NCBI GenBank assembly: GCA_002269645.1
Contig: NIVC01000843.1
Location: forward strand, 62,001 to 126,000
Direction of reading: 5' to 3'
Length of the DNA: 64,000 nt
Origin: Macrostomum lignano
Taxonomy: Eukaryota
Shown: positions 24,701 through 37,134 of the stretch, in pieces
How the letters are laid out: each line of letters begins with the position of its first letter
Numbering within the stretch: position 1 is the first letter of the stretch
The notes under the pieces: model-generated
What the model was told of the DNA's origin: nothing
The model's input: the letters and a program-made list of their open reading frames with translations, nothing else
Database searches by the model: none
Position numbers and translations under genes: made by a program

Positions 24701-25022
24701 GGAATCTATATTGCCCGTGCAGCCGGTGTTCAATCGTCAACTACTAGTTATAGTAGTGTCAGACGATGCAGAGTTTCTTGCCAGGTGTACAGATCTGCTT
24801 CAAGCTGCCGGGGCTAATGTAAAGCCTGTGCAGCCGCGACTGGTTGCCAACCTGACTGCTGCTGATGTTGCCGGCGTTGGTGATAGACTGGCGTGGCTGG
24901 ATGAGCAGTCTTGTCCAATGTCTGTGCCCCGGTGTCTGCTGCAGCTGGGCTGCCGACCAATGCCTAGGGATTATTATGTTTCCTGTGTGGTCTGCGGTAA
25001 ACAGCTGCCTATTGACAATTGA
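16605..25022 (+). CDS. TP53BP1: TP53-binding protein 1 homolog (tandem Tudor + tandem BRCT), about 1005 aa
   Basis: Exons 16605-16619, 18802-18882, 19002-19215, 20067-20265, 21156-21520, 22073-22583, 22933-23523, 23981-25022 total 3018 nt in one frame. Tudor: VYALWRADRFYYAGRIV...FRIAFDDG. BRCT: LFAGYTFLIS...SRSVKFLLCLTARVPCLSTLWVTDSC...LLQAAGA. The first 15-nt coding exon is less certain. Confidence 0.88.
16930..18746. repeat. Compound (AGAC)n/(AGGC)n microsatellite, 1.8 kb (53BP1 intron 1)
   Basis: Source of the three 600-aa minus-strand CLSV-repeat ORFs. Confidence 0.98.
19295..20015. repeat. 23-bp minisatellite with 46-bp dimer (TCTAGATTTGCCAAGATAGACCC/TCTAGATTTACCTAGATAAGCCC)
   Basis: Direct reading. 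Confidence 0.95.
20325..20580. repeat. 31-bp minisatellite ACTCTCAAAATCCCTCTCACAGAGACTCCTG
   Basis: Direct reading. Confidence 0.94.
20800..21077 (-). mobile_element. tRNA-derived CORE-like SINE, family 2, in a 53BP1 intron
   Basis: Minus strand reads TGGTTAGAGCG (A-box)...GGTTCGATTCCC (B-box)...TTGTGTCCTTGAGTAAAACACT...CACCCAGCTGTAAAATGGG, which resembles the CORE domain. A second copy lies at 59361-59657. Confidence 0.8.
21595..22035. repeat. 27-bp minisatellite TTGCTCAAAATGGGAAGATTTGGGGA
   Basis: Direct reading; related to 25072-26125. Confidence 0.93.
22616..22883. repeat. 40-bp minisatellite CTCTATGGATGGGATTTTATACCATATAGAATTCCCCACA
   Basis: About 6.5 copies. Confidence 0.95.
23529..23905 (+). 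repeat. Degenerate tandem array with a recurrent B-box-like motif GTCCCGAGTTCGAATCCC
   Basis: About 7 GAGTTCGAATC-like cores spaced roughly 45-65 bp apart with poorly conserved linkers. Confidence 0.7.
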
Positions 25023-25071
25023 TTTGTCGCGTAACATTCCCAAGGCGGCAGCACTTCAGGTGACTGCTCGA

Positions 25072-26125
25072 ATGGGGAGATTTGAGGAAGGTGCTTAAAA
25101 TAGGGAGATTTGATGAAGGTGCTTAAAATGGGGAGATTTGAGGAAGGTGCTTAAAATGGGGAGATTTGAGGAAGGTGCTTAAAATAGGGAGATTTGAGGA
25201 AGGTGCTTAAAATGGGGAGATTTGAAGAAGTTGCTTAAAATGGGGAGATTTGAGGAAGGTGCTTTAAATGGGGAGATTTGAAGAAGGTGCTTAAAATGGG
25301 GAGATTTGAGGAAGGTGCTTAAAATAGGGAGATTTGAGTAATACGCTCAAAATGGGGAGATTTGAGGAATATGCTCGAAATGGGGAGATTTGAAGAATAT
25401 GCTCGAAATGGGGAGATTTGAGGAATATGCTCGAAATGCGGAGATTTGAGGAAGGTGCTTAAAATAGGGAGATTTGAGTAATATGCTCGAAGTGGGGAGA
25501 TTTGAGTAATATGCTCGAAGTGGGGAGATTTGAGTAATATGCTCGAAGTTGGGAGATTTGAGGAATATGCTTGAAGTGGGGAGATTTGAGTAATATGCTC
25601 GAAGTTGGGAGATTTGAGTAATATGCTCGAAGTTGGGAGATTTGAGTAATACGCTCAAAATGGGGGAGATTTGAGGAATATGCTCAAAATGGGGAGATTT
25701 GAGAAATATGCTCGAAATGGGGAGATTTGAGGAATATGCTCGAAATGGGGAGATTTGAGGAATATGCTCGAAATGGGGAGATTTGAGGAATATGCTCGAA
25801 ATGTGGAGATTTGAGGAAGGTGCTTAAAATAGGGAGATTTGAGTAATATGCTCGAAGTGGGGAGATTTGAGTAATATGCTCGAAGTGGGGAGATTTGAGG
25901 AATATGCTCGAAGTTGGGAGATTTGAGTAATATGCTCGAAGTTGGGAGATTTGAAGAAGGTGCTTAAAATAGGGATATTTGAGTACCATGCTCGAAGTGG
26001 GGAGATTTGAGGAAGGTGCTTAAAACGGGGAGATTTGAGTAATATGCTCAAAGGGAGGAAATTTGAGTAACATGCTCGAAATGGGGAGATTTTAGGAAGG
26101 TGTTCAAAATAGGAAGATTTGAGGA
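25072..26125. repeat. 28-bp minisatellite GGGGAGATTTGAGGAATATGCTCGAAAT
   Basis: Begins about 50 bp after the 53BP1 stop codon. Confidence 0.96.
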
Positions 26126-26811
26126 TCGGTCAAATTGGGGAAGATTTTCTATTCATAAATAAAAATAGTAATATGTACAATACTCGTGAATTCATTAATT
26201 TTGGAACAACTCTGAGATAAAGTGAACTATAGATATCGAGTGCTTTATACAGTACCCAGTATAATCTAAACACAGTCATGCCCATAATTATTTTAAGTCC
26301 TAATTGTAAGTTTTTGATTGAAATTGATAATTTTATCCACAATTAAGATTTCAAGTTATTTTGGTACAGTGTTTTGTATATTTTGTATTTTGTATTTGAT
26401 TTTAAGTGCAGTTAACTGCGTATATCTGCCTTAAATCCGCTAGCCACTGTTTTAAAATTGCACAGTGAATATGACCGCATTTTATACTACTATACATCAG
26501 TAGGTTCATTGTTTATTAATTTAATTTATATCTCAACCCACGCTAGCAGCATGTTGCATTAAGAATTTCATATTAATTTTCAATTCTAATGAAATTTTTG
26601 CGTGACATTTCTGCTAATTTAATCATAGCCACCGGTTTTTATTAATAATTTATTAAATTAGTACATAATTTTACTGCCTAATTTTTGTTAAGTAGCCTTA
26701 TTTTTAAATAACTATCCATTTCTTAGAAAATGCCTTCATAAAATGCAGGTCGTTCATTTTGCTTTTTTGTCCTGTAGTACAAGCGGTCATTAATCACCGG
26801 ATATGCGCTCA

Positions 26812-27950
26812 CAAATCATCCAGAGAATTGGTCATATATGATCCAGAGAATTGGTCATAAATAATCCAGAGAATTGGTCATATATGATCCAGAGAATTGG
26901 TCATAAATAATCCAGAGAATTGGTCATATATGATCCAGAGAATTAGTCATATATGATCCAGAGAATTGGTCATAAATCATCCAGAGAATTTGTCATGAAT
27001 CATCCAGAGAATTTGTCTTTAATGATCCAGATAATTGGTCATAAATCATCCAGAGAAATGGTCATAAATGATCCAGAAAATTGGTCATAAATGATCCAGA
27101 GAATTGGTCGTAAATGATCCAGAGAATTGGTTATAAATAATCCAGAGAATTGGTCATATATGATCCAGAGAATTGATCATAAATCATCCAGAGAATTTGT
27201 CATAAATCATCCAGAGAATTTGTCTTTAATGATCCAGATAATTGGTCATAAATCATCCAGAGAAATGGTCATAAATCATCCAGAAAATTGGGCATAAATG
27301 ATCCAGAGAATTGGTCATATATGATCCAGAGAATTGGTCATAAATAATCCAGAGAATTGGTCATATATGATCCAGAGAATTGGTCATATATGATCCAGAG
27401 AATTGGTCATAAATCATCCAGAGAATTGTCATATATGATCCAGAGAATTGGTCATATATGATCCAGAGAATTGGTCATAAATCATCCAGAGAATTGGTCA
27501 TATATGATCCAGAGAATTGGTCATATATGATCCAGAGAATTGGTCATAAATAATCCAGAGAATAGGTCATAAATAATCCGGAGAATCTGTCTTTAATGAT
27601 CCAGATAATTGGTCATAAATCATCCAAAGAAATGGTCATAAATGATCCAGAGAATTGGTCATATATGATCCAAAGAATCGGTCATAAATACCACAGAGAG
27701 AATTGGTCATAAATCACCAGATAATCGCTTATGAGTCATCCAGAGAATCGCTCATAAATAAGCTAGAGAATTCGTCTTAAATTATCCAGAGAATTGGTCA
27801 CAAATAATTCAGAGAATTGGTCACAAATCATCCATAGAGTTGTTCATAAATCACACCGAGAATATTGGTCATAAATCATTTAGAAAATTGCTCATAAAAT
27901 TCACATAATTGGTTGTAAATCATACAGAAAATTGATGGTAAATCATCCAG
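26812..27950. repeat. 23-bp minisatellite ATGATCCAGAGAATTGGTCATAT
   Basis: Decays toward its 3' end. Confidence 0.95.
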
Positions 27951-28294
27951 AAAATCGTTTTGTCAGTCTAAAGGTAAAAATTCAACTTACGGTCTAAAAA
28001 AATTTAAGAGTCGTTCATAATTTATAAAGTGCAGAATTGATTGATTAAAACCGAACATTATTATTTGTCTAAGTATTATTAGGTTATTTTTTTGTGGTCC
28101 AATCGATGCGCTACTTAAAGTAGCTTATGCAATTTGCAGGCAGCATTTTTGCTCTACTTTATGTTACAACCTGTTACAGTATATAAGGGTGCATGCTGTT
28201 TGCTAATTAGATATCGTGTAGGCGTATGATATAGACCAGACAAGGGCACGGTATTGAGATACTGCTGCAATCACAGCATGCATAATTATTGCTG

Positions 28295-31200
28295 TCAGCT
28301 GGTGGGCAGACGCAGACACGCCTGCAGTTCACCCAGGGTAACAAACTGGTCCCCATTGGCGTTGCAGAAGCGCAGGAAATTCACAGCGCACTTTCTTGTA
28401 CGCCTTAGTTCCGGTTTCCTTCTACGTCTGCTACTTGCGTCGGAAGTTCCTTCAGCGCCATTGGAGTCGCCACGCCGTCGGGCCTTCCAGTGCGCTTTGA
28501 TCTCGCGGCGCCACCAGCGCTGCTCCTTGCGATCCAGCTGGCCGTCCCGGCTAACATCGGCGCGTTGGAAGCGCAGTTTTAAACTGCGCGCCTCTACGCT
28601 GAGATGAGCGTCCTCGGGCCGCCAGGCGTCTCTGGTCTCCTGCACCATCAGGGCCGTCAGCTGGCTGGCGAACTCGCGCAGCAGCGGCTGCGAACAGCCG
28701 CGGAAACCGGCCGACTGGGTGGCGCGAGCTCTGATGTGCGCCGACTCGCAGTCCAGGGTGGCGCCGCTGCCGGTTCCGCCTTTCAGCACCCGGCCGGAGT
28801 CCGGGTCCATGCAGAAGCACAATAAGCTTGTCGTTGGTGCCCCGGCGGTGTGGCACTGCCGCTTGGCGTACTTGCCATCGGCCGAGCACTCGGGGACGAA
28901 CACTCGGCTGATGCTTGACGCCGCCACCGATGCCATCGTCGCTGCTCGTTGACGCGACAGTTGTCGATTCTTCTCAAGCGCCTCCTCGCGCGCCAGCGGG
29001 CAGGATTTGTGCGCGAACGGGCGCGCTTTTCTTGGTCGTTTGCGTCTGCGCCGACGAGAGACCAGCTCCATCAGGCTGCCCTTGCTGCCTCCGCCTGCTG
29101 CTAATGGCAGGCCTCCGCTCGCTGCTTGGGATGATGAGGAGCGGCCAGGCCACTCAGCTGACACTGCGGAGGCTGCGGCGACTAGAGGAGCTGCAACTCC
29201 TCCTTGGGAGGATCTCGGTGCTGTGCCTGCCGCAGCTGGCGGAGCCGAAATCTGAAGTTCGATAGTTTTGGGATTGAGACAGTGCAACCTGGGACACGAT
29301 TTTGCAGAGAAATTGGATGCTTAAATTATTAAAAGAATCAAAATGATTTTATTGTTGCGGGTGACCTGCAGGTGGCATTCAGTCAAGATTAATTAAGCTA
29401 CCGATTCCTGCAGGTTACATTCAATCAAGAGTAATTAAGCTACCGATTCCTGCAGGTGGCATTCAATCAAGAGTAATTGAGCTACCGATTCCTGCAGGTG
29501 GCATTCAATCAAGAGTAATTAAGCTACCGATTCCTGCAGGTGGCATTCAATCAAGAGTAATTAAGCTACCGATTCCTGCAGGTGGCATTCAATCAAGAGT
29601 AATTAAGCTACCGATTCCTGCAGGTTACATTCAATCAAGAGTAATTAAGCTACCGATTCCTGCAGGTGGCATTCAATAAAGAGTAATTGAGCTACCGATT
29701 CCTGCAGGTGGCATTCAATCAAGAGTAATTAAGCTACCGATTCCTGCAGGTGGCATTCAATCAAGAGTAATTAAGCTACCGATTCCTGCAGGTGGCATTC
29801 AATCAAGAGTAATTAAGCTACCGATTCCTGCAGGTTACATTCAATCAAGAGTAATTAAGCTACCGATTCCTGCAGGTGGCATTCAATAAAGAGTAATTAA
29901 GCTACCGATTCCTGCAGGTGGCATTCAATCAAGAGTAATTGAGCTACCGATTCCTGCAGGTGGCATTCAATAAAGAGTAATTAAGCTACCGATTCCTGCA
30001 GGTGGCATTCAATCAAGAGTAATTAAGCTACCGATTCCTGCAGGTGGCATTCAATCAAGAGTAATTAAGCTACCGATTCCTGCAGGTGGCATTCAGTCAA
30101 GAGTAATTAAGCTACCGATTCCTGCAGGTGGCATTCAGTTAAGAATAAGTAGAAGCTATATGCCAAATAACCCTCACCACGGTCACAGGTGTAGAATTCT
30201 CCAATCCGAAGCACAGAATCCATTCGGCTCGCTCCAACTGCTTGTTCGCATTGAGGTCGCAGGTCCTAAAGAAGCGCCTGGCGCAACCTTTCGGCTTGAT
30301 GTTCGCTCGCGTTACTTTTCTCAGCGCCTTGGTCTCTCGGTAGTTCAGCTGGCCGTCACCGTCCAAATCCAGCTGGGTGAATTTCCACTCTGCCGATCGT
30401 CTCTCTGGCTGTTGTTGCATCGACTGCTCAACAGCGGCTCCGCGAGTTGGTAAACTACCGATCTCTCGTCTGGGCTTGAGTAGGCCTCCAGTTCGATAAG
30501 TTATTGACGCATTGAACTCAATTTCGAACTGTTTGAGAATGTTCCGGTTGAAATGGGCTCGCTGCCGCGAGGAGCAGCGGTCTGTAAAAGGAGGTTGCGT
30601 GGAGTAACTGGTACTACGACTAACCGGCACCGCGTTCAAACAGGGGTGTCGCCACCCGGGGGGGGGCATGGGGACATGTCCCTCCCAGTAAAAGCTGTGT
30701 GAAGGACACACCAGCTGTGTGACCCGTTATGGAAATCAACGACTGCTTCAGGGCGCCAAAATGAGTGCTTGTGACGCTAAAATGAGTTCCATGGGCGCTA
30801 AAATGAGTTCCTTTGGCGCTAAAATGAGTTCCTTTGGCGCTAAAATGAGTTCCTTTGACGCTAAAATGAGTGCCTGTGACGCTAAAATGAGTGCCTGTGA
30901 CGCTAAAATGAGTGCCTGTGGCGCTAAAATGAGTGCCTGTGACGCTAAAATTTAGTACCTTTGGCGCTAAAATGAGTGCCTGTGGCGCTAAAATGAGTGC
31001 CTGTGACGCTAAAATTAGTACCTTTGGCGCTAAGAATTCTTGGCTTTGTCCCTCTCACCATAAAATCCATTGCAATTGAGGCCCCCTGCGTTCAAGTAAA
31101 CTTAAAAAACGAAATAGTGGCTTTAATTTTAATCCTGGATTCTTTGCACACAAATTGCGCTTGTTTCACAAAATATTGCCGGACAAATCGGCAATTAGAG

Positions 31201-34200
31201 GTCGCTATAAAATTTTTAACGAGCTTTTAACAAGTCCAGACCCTCGAGATAAAAATGTTAAGATTTTTGTAGACAAAGAGGCCAGTATCTGAAGCGGCAG
31301 CAGCTTTGAAGTTCTCAACAGTCTTTGTTAGGTCTATAGACTATAGAACAAAGAATTGTAATCTCACGGTATGGAAGGTTGACTGAATTGTCTATGGTCG
31401 AAACAGGACTTTCTGTTAATAATGAGCCATTAATCAGACGTCACTGGTCAAAATTTCTATGGTAAATTTACGTTAAGGCAATGACATTCAAGCAATGACC
31501 GGTCATTGTTTGAAATCGACAAAAAAAAGCAATTCACCGGGATATCATTTTAGAAAACGAACGAGTCTATGAGCGTAAAATAGAATAGTCTATGGTTGTA
31601 AGTGGAGGCTTCGCCCGCACACCCCCATTCCTTCTTCCTACTTGGATCCTGGTGGAAAAATTGACCAATGAAGTTAGCTGGAAGTGAGAAGACATGGTAA
31701 TGGCCAAATTGACACCCCGTTATCATATACGTAATATATCACTGATGCATGTCAGGCTGATAAACTTCAAACTGAAGCTGTGTATTGTCCATATTAAAAA
31801 ATTTCAATTGGTAATTAGAGTACTAATAAAATTTAAATGTCTCAGGTTCTCAATACTTGGGTAACACCCTTTTTACTAATTATTATTATTACAATAGCTA
31901 CTTGCTAATTATGTAATTGTAATGGGTGTTACCGTCAGACACGCACTTTTACGTCCGCTACCTCTGCCGCCACCTTTCCTACGTCGTCCTCTCTGCCTGT
32001 TGTGTTGTTTATTTCCATCGGCTTGCCGATCTGCTTTTTGTTGCTGCTGCTGCTGCCGGCGCCGCTGCTTTTTCTTCCTCCGCCGTCTGCCGTTCCGGCA
32101 ACTCGGCCGGCGAGGCAGCTGAACGCCGGAGCCGGGGAGCGGCTTGCCGCTGCGTCGGCGAACGCAGAAACAGTACTTGAGCTGGTAATTGCACTGCACC
32201 CGGCGGAATTTGCCTCTCCTACTGCACTGCGGCACGTAGATCACCTGCCGGCCTGTGCTGGACTTCTCCAGTGCGGCCAGCCGCATGTCCTGGCATCGAC
32301 CTCGTCCGCTGCCCGACCTGCGCCGGCCCGCTCGAGTGCCTGCCGCCGAGGCAGACGCCGCCGACGCCGTCCCCTCGCCTAGAAAAGGAATGCGTATTGG
32401 ACAGGTATTTTATTTATATAGCAATATAATTAGTAACTAAGGAGAGCTGTAGATATTTAACGCCTTTGGCGACATCGGTTCCACAGCCAGCTCTGACGGC
32501 AATTCTGCCCATTCCTCTGACTCCTGATCACACGCATGAGGAGTCTTTAAATGAGTCATTAAATGAGTCATTATATGAGTGTGACTTAATGACCTTACCT
32601 TGACCTAGCTTGACCTTTTTACAGAATTAACTATCGTAAAAGCCACAATATTTTCTAGCAATCGCGACTATCAAGCTTCGGTCGTTGAGTCTTCTTTTTT
32701 GCTCTGTTTGTGCCTGCTCACCTGGCAGCGGGGCCCCGCACGCGCCAAGGTGTCTGACGCGCACTTTCTGACCGTGGCAGCGCCGCAGAAACTGCAGCAT
32801 GCATCGAGAGTCGTACGTCTTTCCGTCGGTGCCGCAGACCCGGGTGCCAGCTGGACTGGAGGAGCCCGACGATGACGCCGCCAAAGCAGAGGACGCCTGC
32901 ATCCGGTAGCAAAAGTCCGGCCGACATTCCAGATTTCGTCGGGCTTTGCGCGACTCCAACACGTCGCGGAGTGAGCCGGTGGACTCGGCGCCAGAGCTGC
33001 GGCTTGAGTCCGCACGTCGAGCGTTGGACGCCGCCGCCGGGCCGTAGACCGAACCGTCAGCTGTTCGAGTTGAGCTGGACGACTTGCCTTGCTCGTTGTT
33101 GGCGTTGATCTGACGCGATAATGAAGTTCATTAATGTTTTGTGTGTTGCTATGAGATTAGAGTTTTAACCACTGCATCTGGTCCTGCTGGAAGGAGCTAT
33201 TTCGATAAAATGATTTTCATACTTCAGTACTTTCCTTTCTGAAACGCTGCTAACGTCTGAAACGTCACTATTTACGAGAATGGCATTATTGTCAAAGAGA
33301 ATGAAGTCACTGTCAGAGAATGGCATCACTGTCAAAAAGAATGGCATCACTGTCAAAGAGAATGAAGTCGCTGTCAAAGAGAATGATTTCACTGTCAAAG
33401 AGAATGAAATCACTGTCAAAGAGAATGATTTCACTGTCAAAGAGAATGAAATCACTGTCAAAGAGAATGAAATCACTGTCAAAGAGAATGAAATCACTGT
33501 CAAAGAGAATGAAATCACTGTCAAAGAGAATGAAGTCACTGTCAAAGAGAATGATTTCACTGTCAAAGAGAATGAAGTCACTGTCAAAGAGAATGATTTC
33601 ACTGTCAAAGAGAATGAAGTCACTGTCAAAGAGAATGAAGTCGCTGTCAAAGAGAATGATTTCACTATCAAAGAGAATGATTTCACTGTCCAAGAGAATG
33701 AAGTCACTGTCAAAGAGAATGAAGTCACTCTCAAAGAGAATGATTTCACTGTCCAAGAGAATGAAGTCACTGTCAAAGAGAATGAAGTCACTCTCAAAGA
33801 GAATGAAGTCTGTCAAAGAGAATGAAGTCACTGGCAAAGAGAATGAAGTCACTGTCAAAGAGAATGAAGTCACTGTCAAAGCGAATGACATCACCGTCTG
33901 GAGAATAATGTCACTGTTCAAGTGGCTAAGACGTTAGCTTTTTTTTGCTGGTCCTTCGTACTCTGTTAAGCTGGATAACATCACTGTCTATCATAGTATA
34001 TGTACTGTATGATTTCCCCTAGACAACTCGGAAGTCATTCGAATTTCGAATTTGGAACATTCGAAACACATGTACTCGACTACTCTGTCGCCTCACCTGG
34101 TCCCAGAAGCTCCGGGACTGCGAACTTGGCACTAGCCTGCTGCTGTTAGACGAACAGCATCCAGAACTGATCAGTAGCAGCAGCAGTGTAAGCAGAAGAG

Positions 34201-34225
34201 GCGACTGAAAAAGTCTCCAAGCCAT
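28295..34225 (-). CDS. SMOC: SPARC-related modular calcium-binding protein (signal peptide-Kazal-thyroglobulin-EC-thyroglobulin-EC), about 769 aa
   Basis: Minus-strand exons 34097-34225, 32722-33109, 31947-32378, 30178-30581, 28295-29251 (2310 nt, in frame). Signal peptide MAWRLFQSPLLLTLLLLLISSG; Kazal VCGTDGKTYDSRC...HLGAC; thyroglobulin type-1 VPQC...VQCNYQLKYCFCV and VPEC...RQCH...CFCMDPDSG; EF-hand pairs DLDGDGQLNYRE/DLNANKQLERAE and DVSRDGQLDRKE/NANGDQFVTLGE. Confidence 0.88.
29366..30138. repeat. 42-bp minisatellite CCTGCAGGTGGCATTCAATCAAGAGTAATTAAGCTACCGATT
   Basis: About 18 copies in a SMOC intron. Confidence 0.97.
30641..31088. mobile_element. Candidate 448-bp hAT-like MITE carrying a 21-bp minisatellite (SMOC intron)
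   Basis: Termini CAGGGG...CCCCCTG; flanks CGTTCAAA (30633-30640) and CGTTCAAG (31089-31096) form a 7/8-matching 8-bp TSD. The TIRs are short and imperfect. Confidence 0.55.
30755..31032. repeat. 21-bp minisatellite GCGCTAAAATGAGTGCCTGTG
   Basis: Lies inside the candidate MITE. Confidence 0.94.
33290..33885. repeat. 21-bp minisatellite GTCACTGTCAAAGAGAATGAA
   Basis: SMOC intron 1; source of four overlapping spurious ORFs. Confidence 0.96.
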
Positions 34226-35368
34226 CCTCGTGTGGCGCAGATGTTCCTCTCGGCTATTGCCGACTTTGACAGGCGGCTTTCTTAGCCTGACAGAGAAGCG
34301 TATTATTATTATGCGTTGGAAGCTGAAGGGAGGCAGCGGCGGTCCAGACACGCAACTGGGCCCCAGACCAAGCGACCAACGGAATGGCTAGCTTTCAACT
34401 CCAGCTGTTGTGTCCGCCCCCTCGTTCCGAGGATTCCATTTTTAGATTTTTAGTATATAGAAGAAAGCCAGAAGCTTGCCATCTTGTTGTGCATTTTCTT
34501 CGCTAGTAGCACATCTGCTTCTTGGCCTAACCAACCCCCTCAGACTGTGCAAGACTTTCTTTCTGCGCTAAACTGCACGGGCTTTCACCGACCGCTCTCT
34601 CCTTCACTCTATCCAGGTGCTAAGTGCCTTAGTTCTTTGCTTTCTCTGCTTACCTGATGTCAAGGAGAGCTTTAACTAGAGACTTCTGGATTGGTAAAAG
34701 CTAATTAACATATAAGCTTGTTAAGAAACTCGTTTTTGATAGTCTTGAAACTTTAAGCCAATGTTTACTAGACTTGACTTTGTTGTGATGCAGAACCTTC
34801 GGTGGTGAGGCACCACTCATGCACACGCTCACACTAGGTGTACACTCTCTGAGCCTTGAGAGGTTGTCCATCATGAATCACAGGACAACCCTCCCCCACC
34901 GGCAAATTTTCATGCACACAAGCCCTAAACAAAAACATTAGCAAAATCTTTATAGAAAAATCTATGAAGTGGCAGATTATATTTTTTCGTTCGATTTCGC
35001 GGCAGAAATATAATTTGAAAGCTTTCCAATCCAGATTCCCATTTCTAGTAATTCATGGAACCGAAAGAAGCTAGCGTTTGTTTTTCTCTCCATCCATCCA
35101 ACACAGAAGCGCCGCTTGACCCAAAGCTTCATCAGTTCCACACCGCGGGACATCCCAAGCCTTCGCCCCCCCCCCAGAAAAGCCTTTAACAGCTGTCAAT
35201 GCATCCCACGTGAATTCCACAACTTGCCTAAAGAAATGAAGGGACAAAATCGTAAGTAGTCGCAATTGCCTACTTTCAAGTAGGATTTATAGCAAAGGGC
35301 CGCATATGACCGACCCCTGATTTATAGCTTTTCCCTCTAAGTGGGCGTTGGGCACCGCTCCATCGATC

Positions 35369-37134
35369 GGGTTTACGAAATTTGCCCAGCGACGTTTTTC
35401 CGCCGACATTTACCGGCCGGAACTAGTACTCAATTAATTTCCACATGACCCTTTGTTTCTCATTGTTATTTATTGTTATTTTATTTCAGTTCAGTGGCAT
35501 ATATTTCTGTATGCTCATGCATTACAAATTGTCAATTAGATCCATTTTCCAAGATTTTTCCACGAGAGGTTCTCACCTTCGATCTTCGGAAAATGAGAGT
35601 GCAGCCGCTGCACAAATAAACGTAAAAATGTGAAACGGTACAGCGAATAATTTTATTGTCTAACAAGTAGCTTTATTGTCTAAGAGGTAGCTTTATTGTC
35701 TAACAAGTAGCTTTATTGTCTAAGAGGTAGCTTTATTGTCTAAGAGGTAGCTTTATTGTCTAAGAGGTAGCTTTATTGTCTAAGAGGTAGCTTTATTGTA
35801 TAAGAGGTAGCTTTATTGTCTAAGAGGTAGCTTTATTGTCTAACAAGTAGCTTTATTGTCTAACAAGTAGCTTTATTGTCTAAGAGGTAGCTTTATTGTC
35901 TAAGAGGTAGCTTTATTGTATAAGAGGTAGCTTTATTGTCTAAGAGGTAGCTTTATTGTCTAACAAGTAGCTTTATTGTCTAACAAGTAGCTTTATTGTA
36001 TAAGAGGTAGCTTTATTGTCTAAGAGGTAGCTTTATTGTCTAACAAGTAGCTTTATTGTCTAACAAGTAGCTTTATTGTCTAAGAGGTAGCTTTATTGTC
36101 TAAGAGGTAGCTTTATTGTATAAGAGGTAGCTTTATTGTCTAAGAGGTAGCTTTATTGTCTAACAAGTAGCTTTATTGTCTAACAAGTAGCTTTATTGTC
36201 TAAGAGGTAGCTTTATTGTCTAAGAGGTAGCTTTATTGTATAAGAGGTAGCTTTATTGTCTAAGAGGTAGCTTTATTGTCTAAGAGGTAGCTTTATTGTA
36301 TAAGAGGTAGCTTTATTGTCTAAGAGGTAGCTTTATTGTCTAAGAGGTAGCTTTATTGTCTAAGAGGTAGCTTTATTGTATAAGAGGTAGCTTTATTGTC
36401 TAAGAGGTAGCTTTATTGTCTAACAAGTAGCTTTATTGTCTAACAAGTAGCTTTATTGTCTAAGTGGTAGCTTTATTGTCTAAGAGGTAGCTTTATTGTC
36501 TAACAAGTAGCTTTATTGTCTAACAAGTAGCTTTAATGTCTAAGAGGTAGCTTTATTGTCTAAGAGGTAGCTTTATTGTCTAACAGGTAGCTTTAATGTC
36601 TAAGAGGTAGCTTTATTGTCTAAGAGGTAGCTTTATTGTCTAACAAGTAGCTTTATTGTCTAACAAGTAGCTTTATTGTCTAAGAGGTAGCTTTATTGTC
36701 TAAGAGGTAGCTTTATTGTCTAAGAGGTAGCTTTATTGTCTAAGAGGTAGCTTTATTGTCTAACAAGTAGCTTTAATGTCTAAGAGGTAGCTTTATTGTC
36801 TAAGAGGTAGCTTTATTGTCTAAGAGGTAGCTTTATTGTCTAACAGGTAGCTTTAATGTCTAAGAGGTAGCTTTATTGTCTAACAGGTAGCTTTATTGTC
36901 TAAGAGGTAGCTTTATTGTCTAAGAGGTTATTACCGTCAAGTAAATTTAATCTTCACAATTTCATTTCGCATCATGTTTCCGTTCATGATTCTATTATGC
37001 GGCTAAATGAAAAGGAATTGAAAACACAACGAGAATCGACTTCCTTTAGGGGGAAATCAGCCAAAAATGGAGCGAAATTTTGTCCCCGGGCAAACGTCGG
37101 CGGGCAAACGTCGGTGGGCAAACGTCGTGCTACC
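35369..37134. mobile_element. Candidate degenerate DNA transposon: imperfect 47-bp inverted termini enclosing a 20-bp minisatellite
   Basis: 35369-35416 versus the reverse complement of 37085-37134 match at roughly three quarters of positions by eye. Both are built from GACGTTTGCCC subunits. No clean TSD. Confidence 0.35.
35653..36927. repeat. 20-bp minisatellite CTTTATTGTCTAAGAGGTAG
   Basis: About 64 copies, with AACAAG/AAGAGG variants. Confidence 0.98.

Noticed and set aside
28254-32440. Plus-strand ORFs overlapping SMOC exons (likewise antisense ORFs over 53BP1, CFAP99, P450s and NCKAP5-like)
   Set aside because: Shadow ORFs of GC-rich coding exons on the opposite strand or in another frame.
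33165-33937. Four overlapping repeat ORFs (also 1971-2649, 5555-6241, 37277-37836, 40033-40966)
   Set aside because: Minisatellite units of 12, 21 or 24 bp without stops; no domain content; most lie in introns of genes modelled here.
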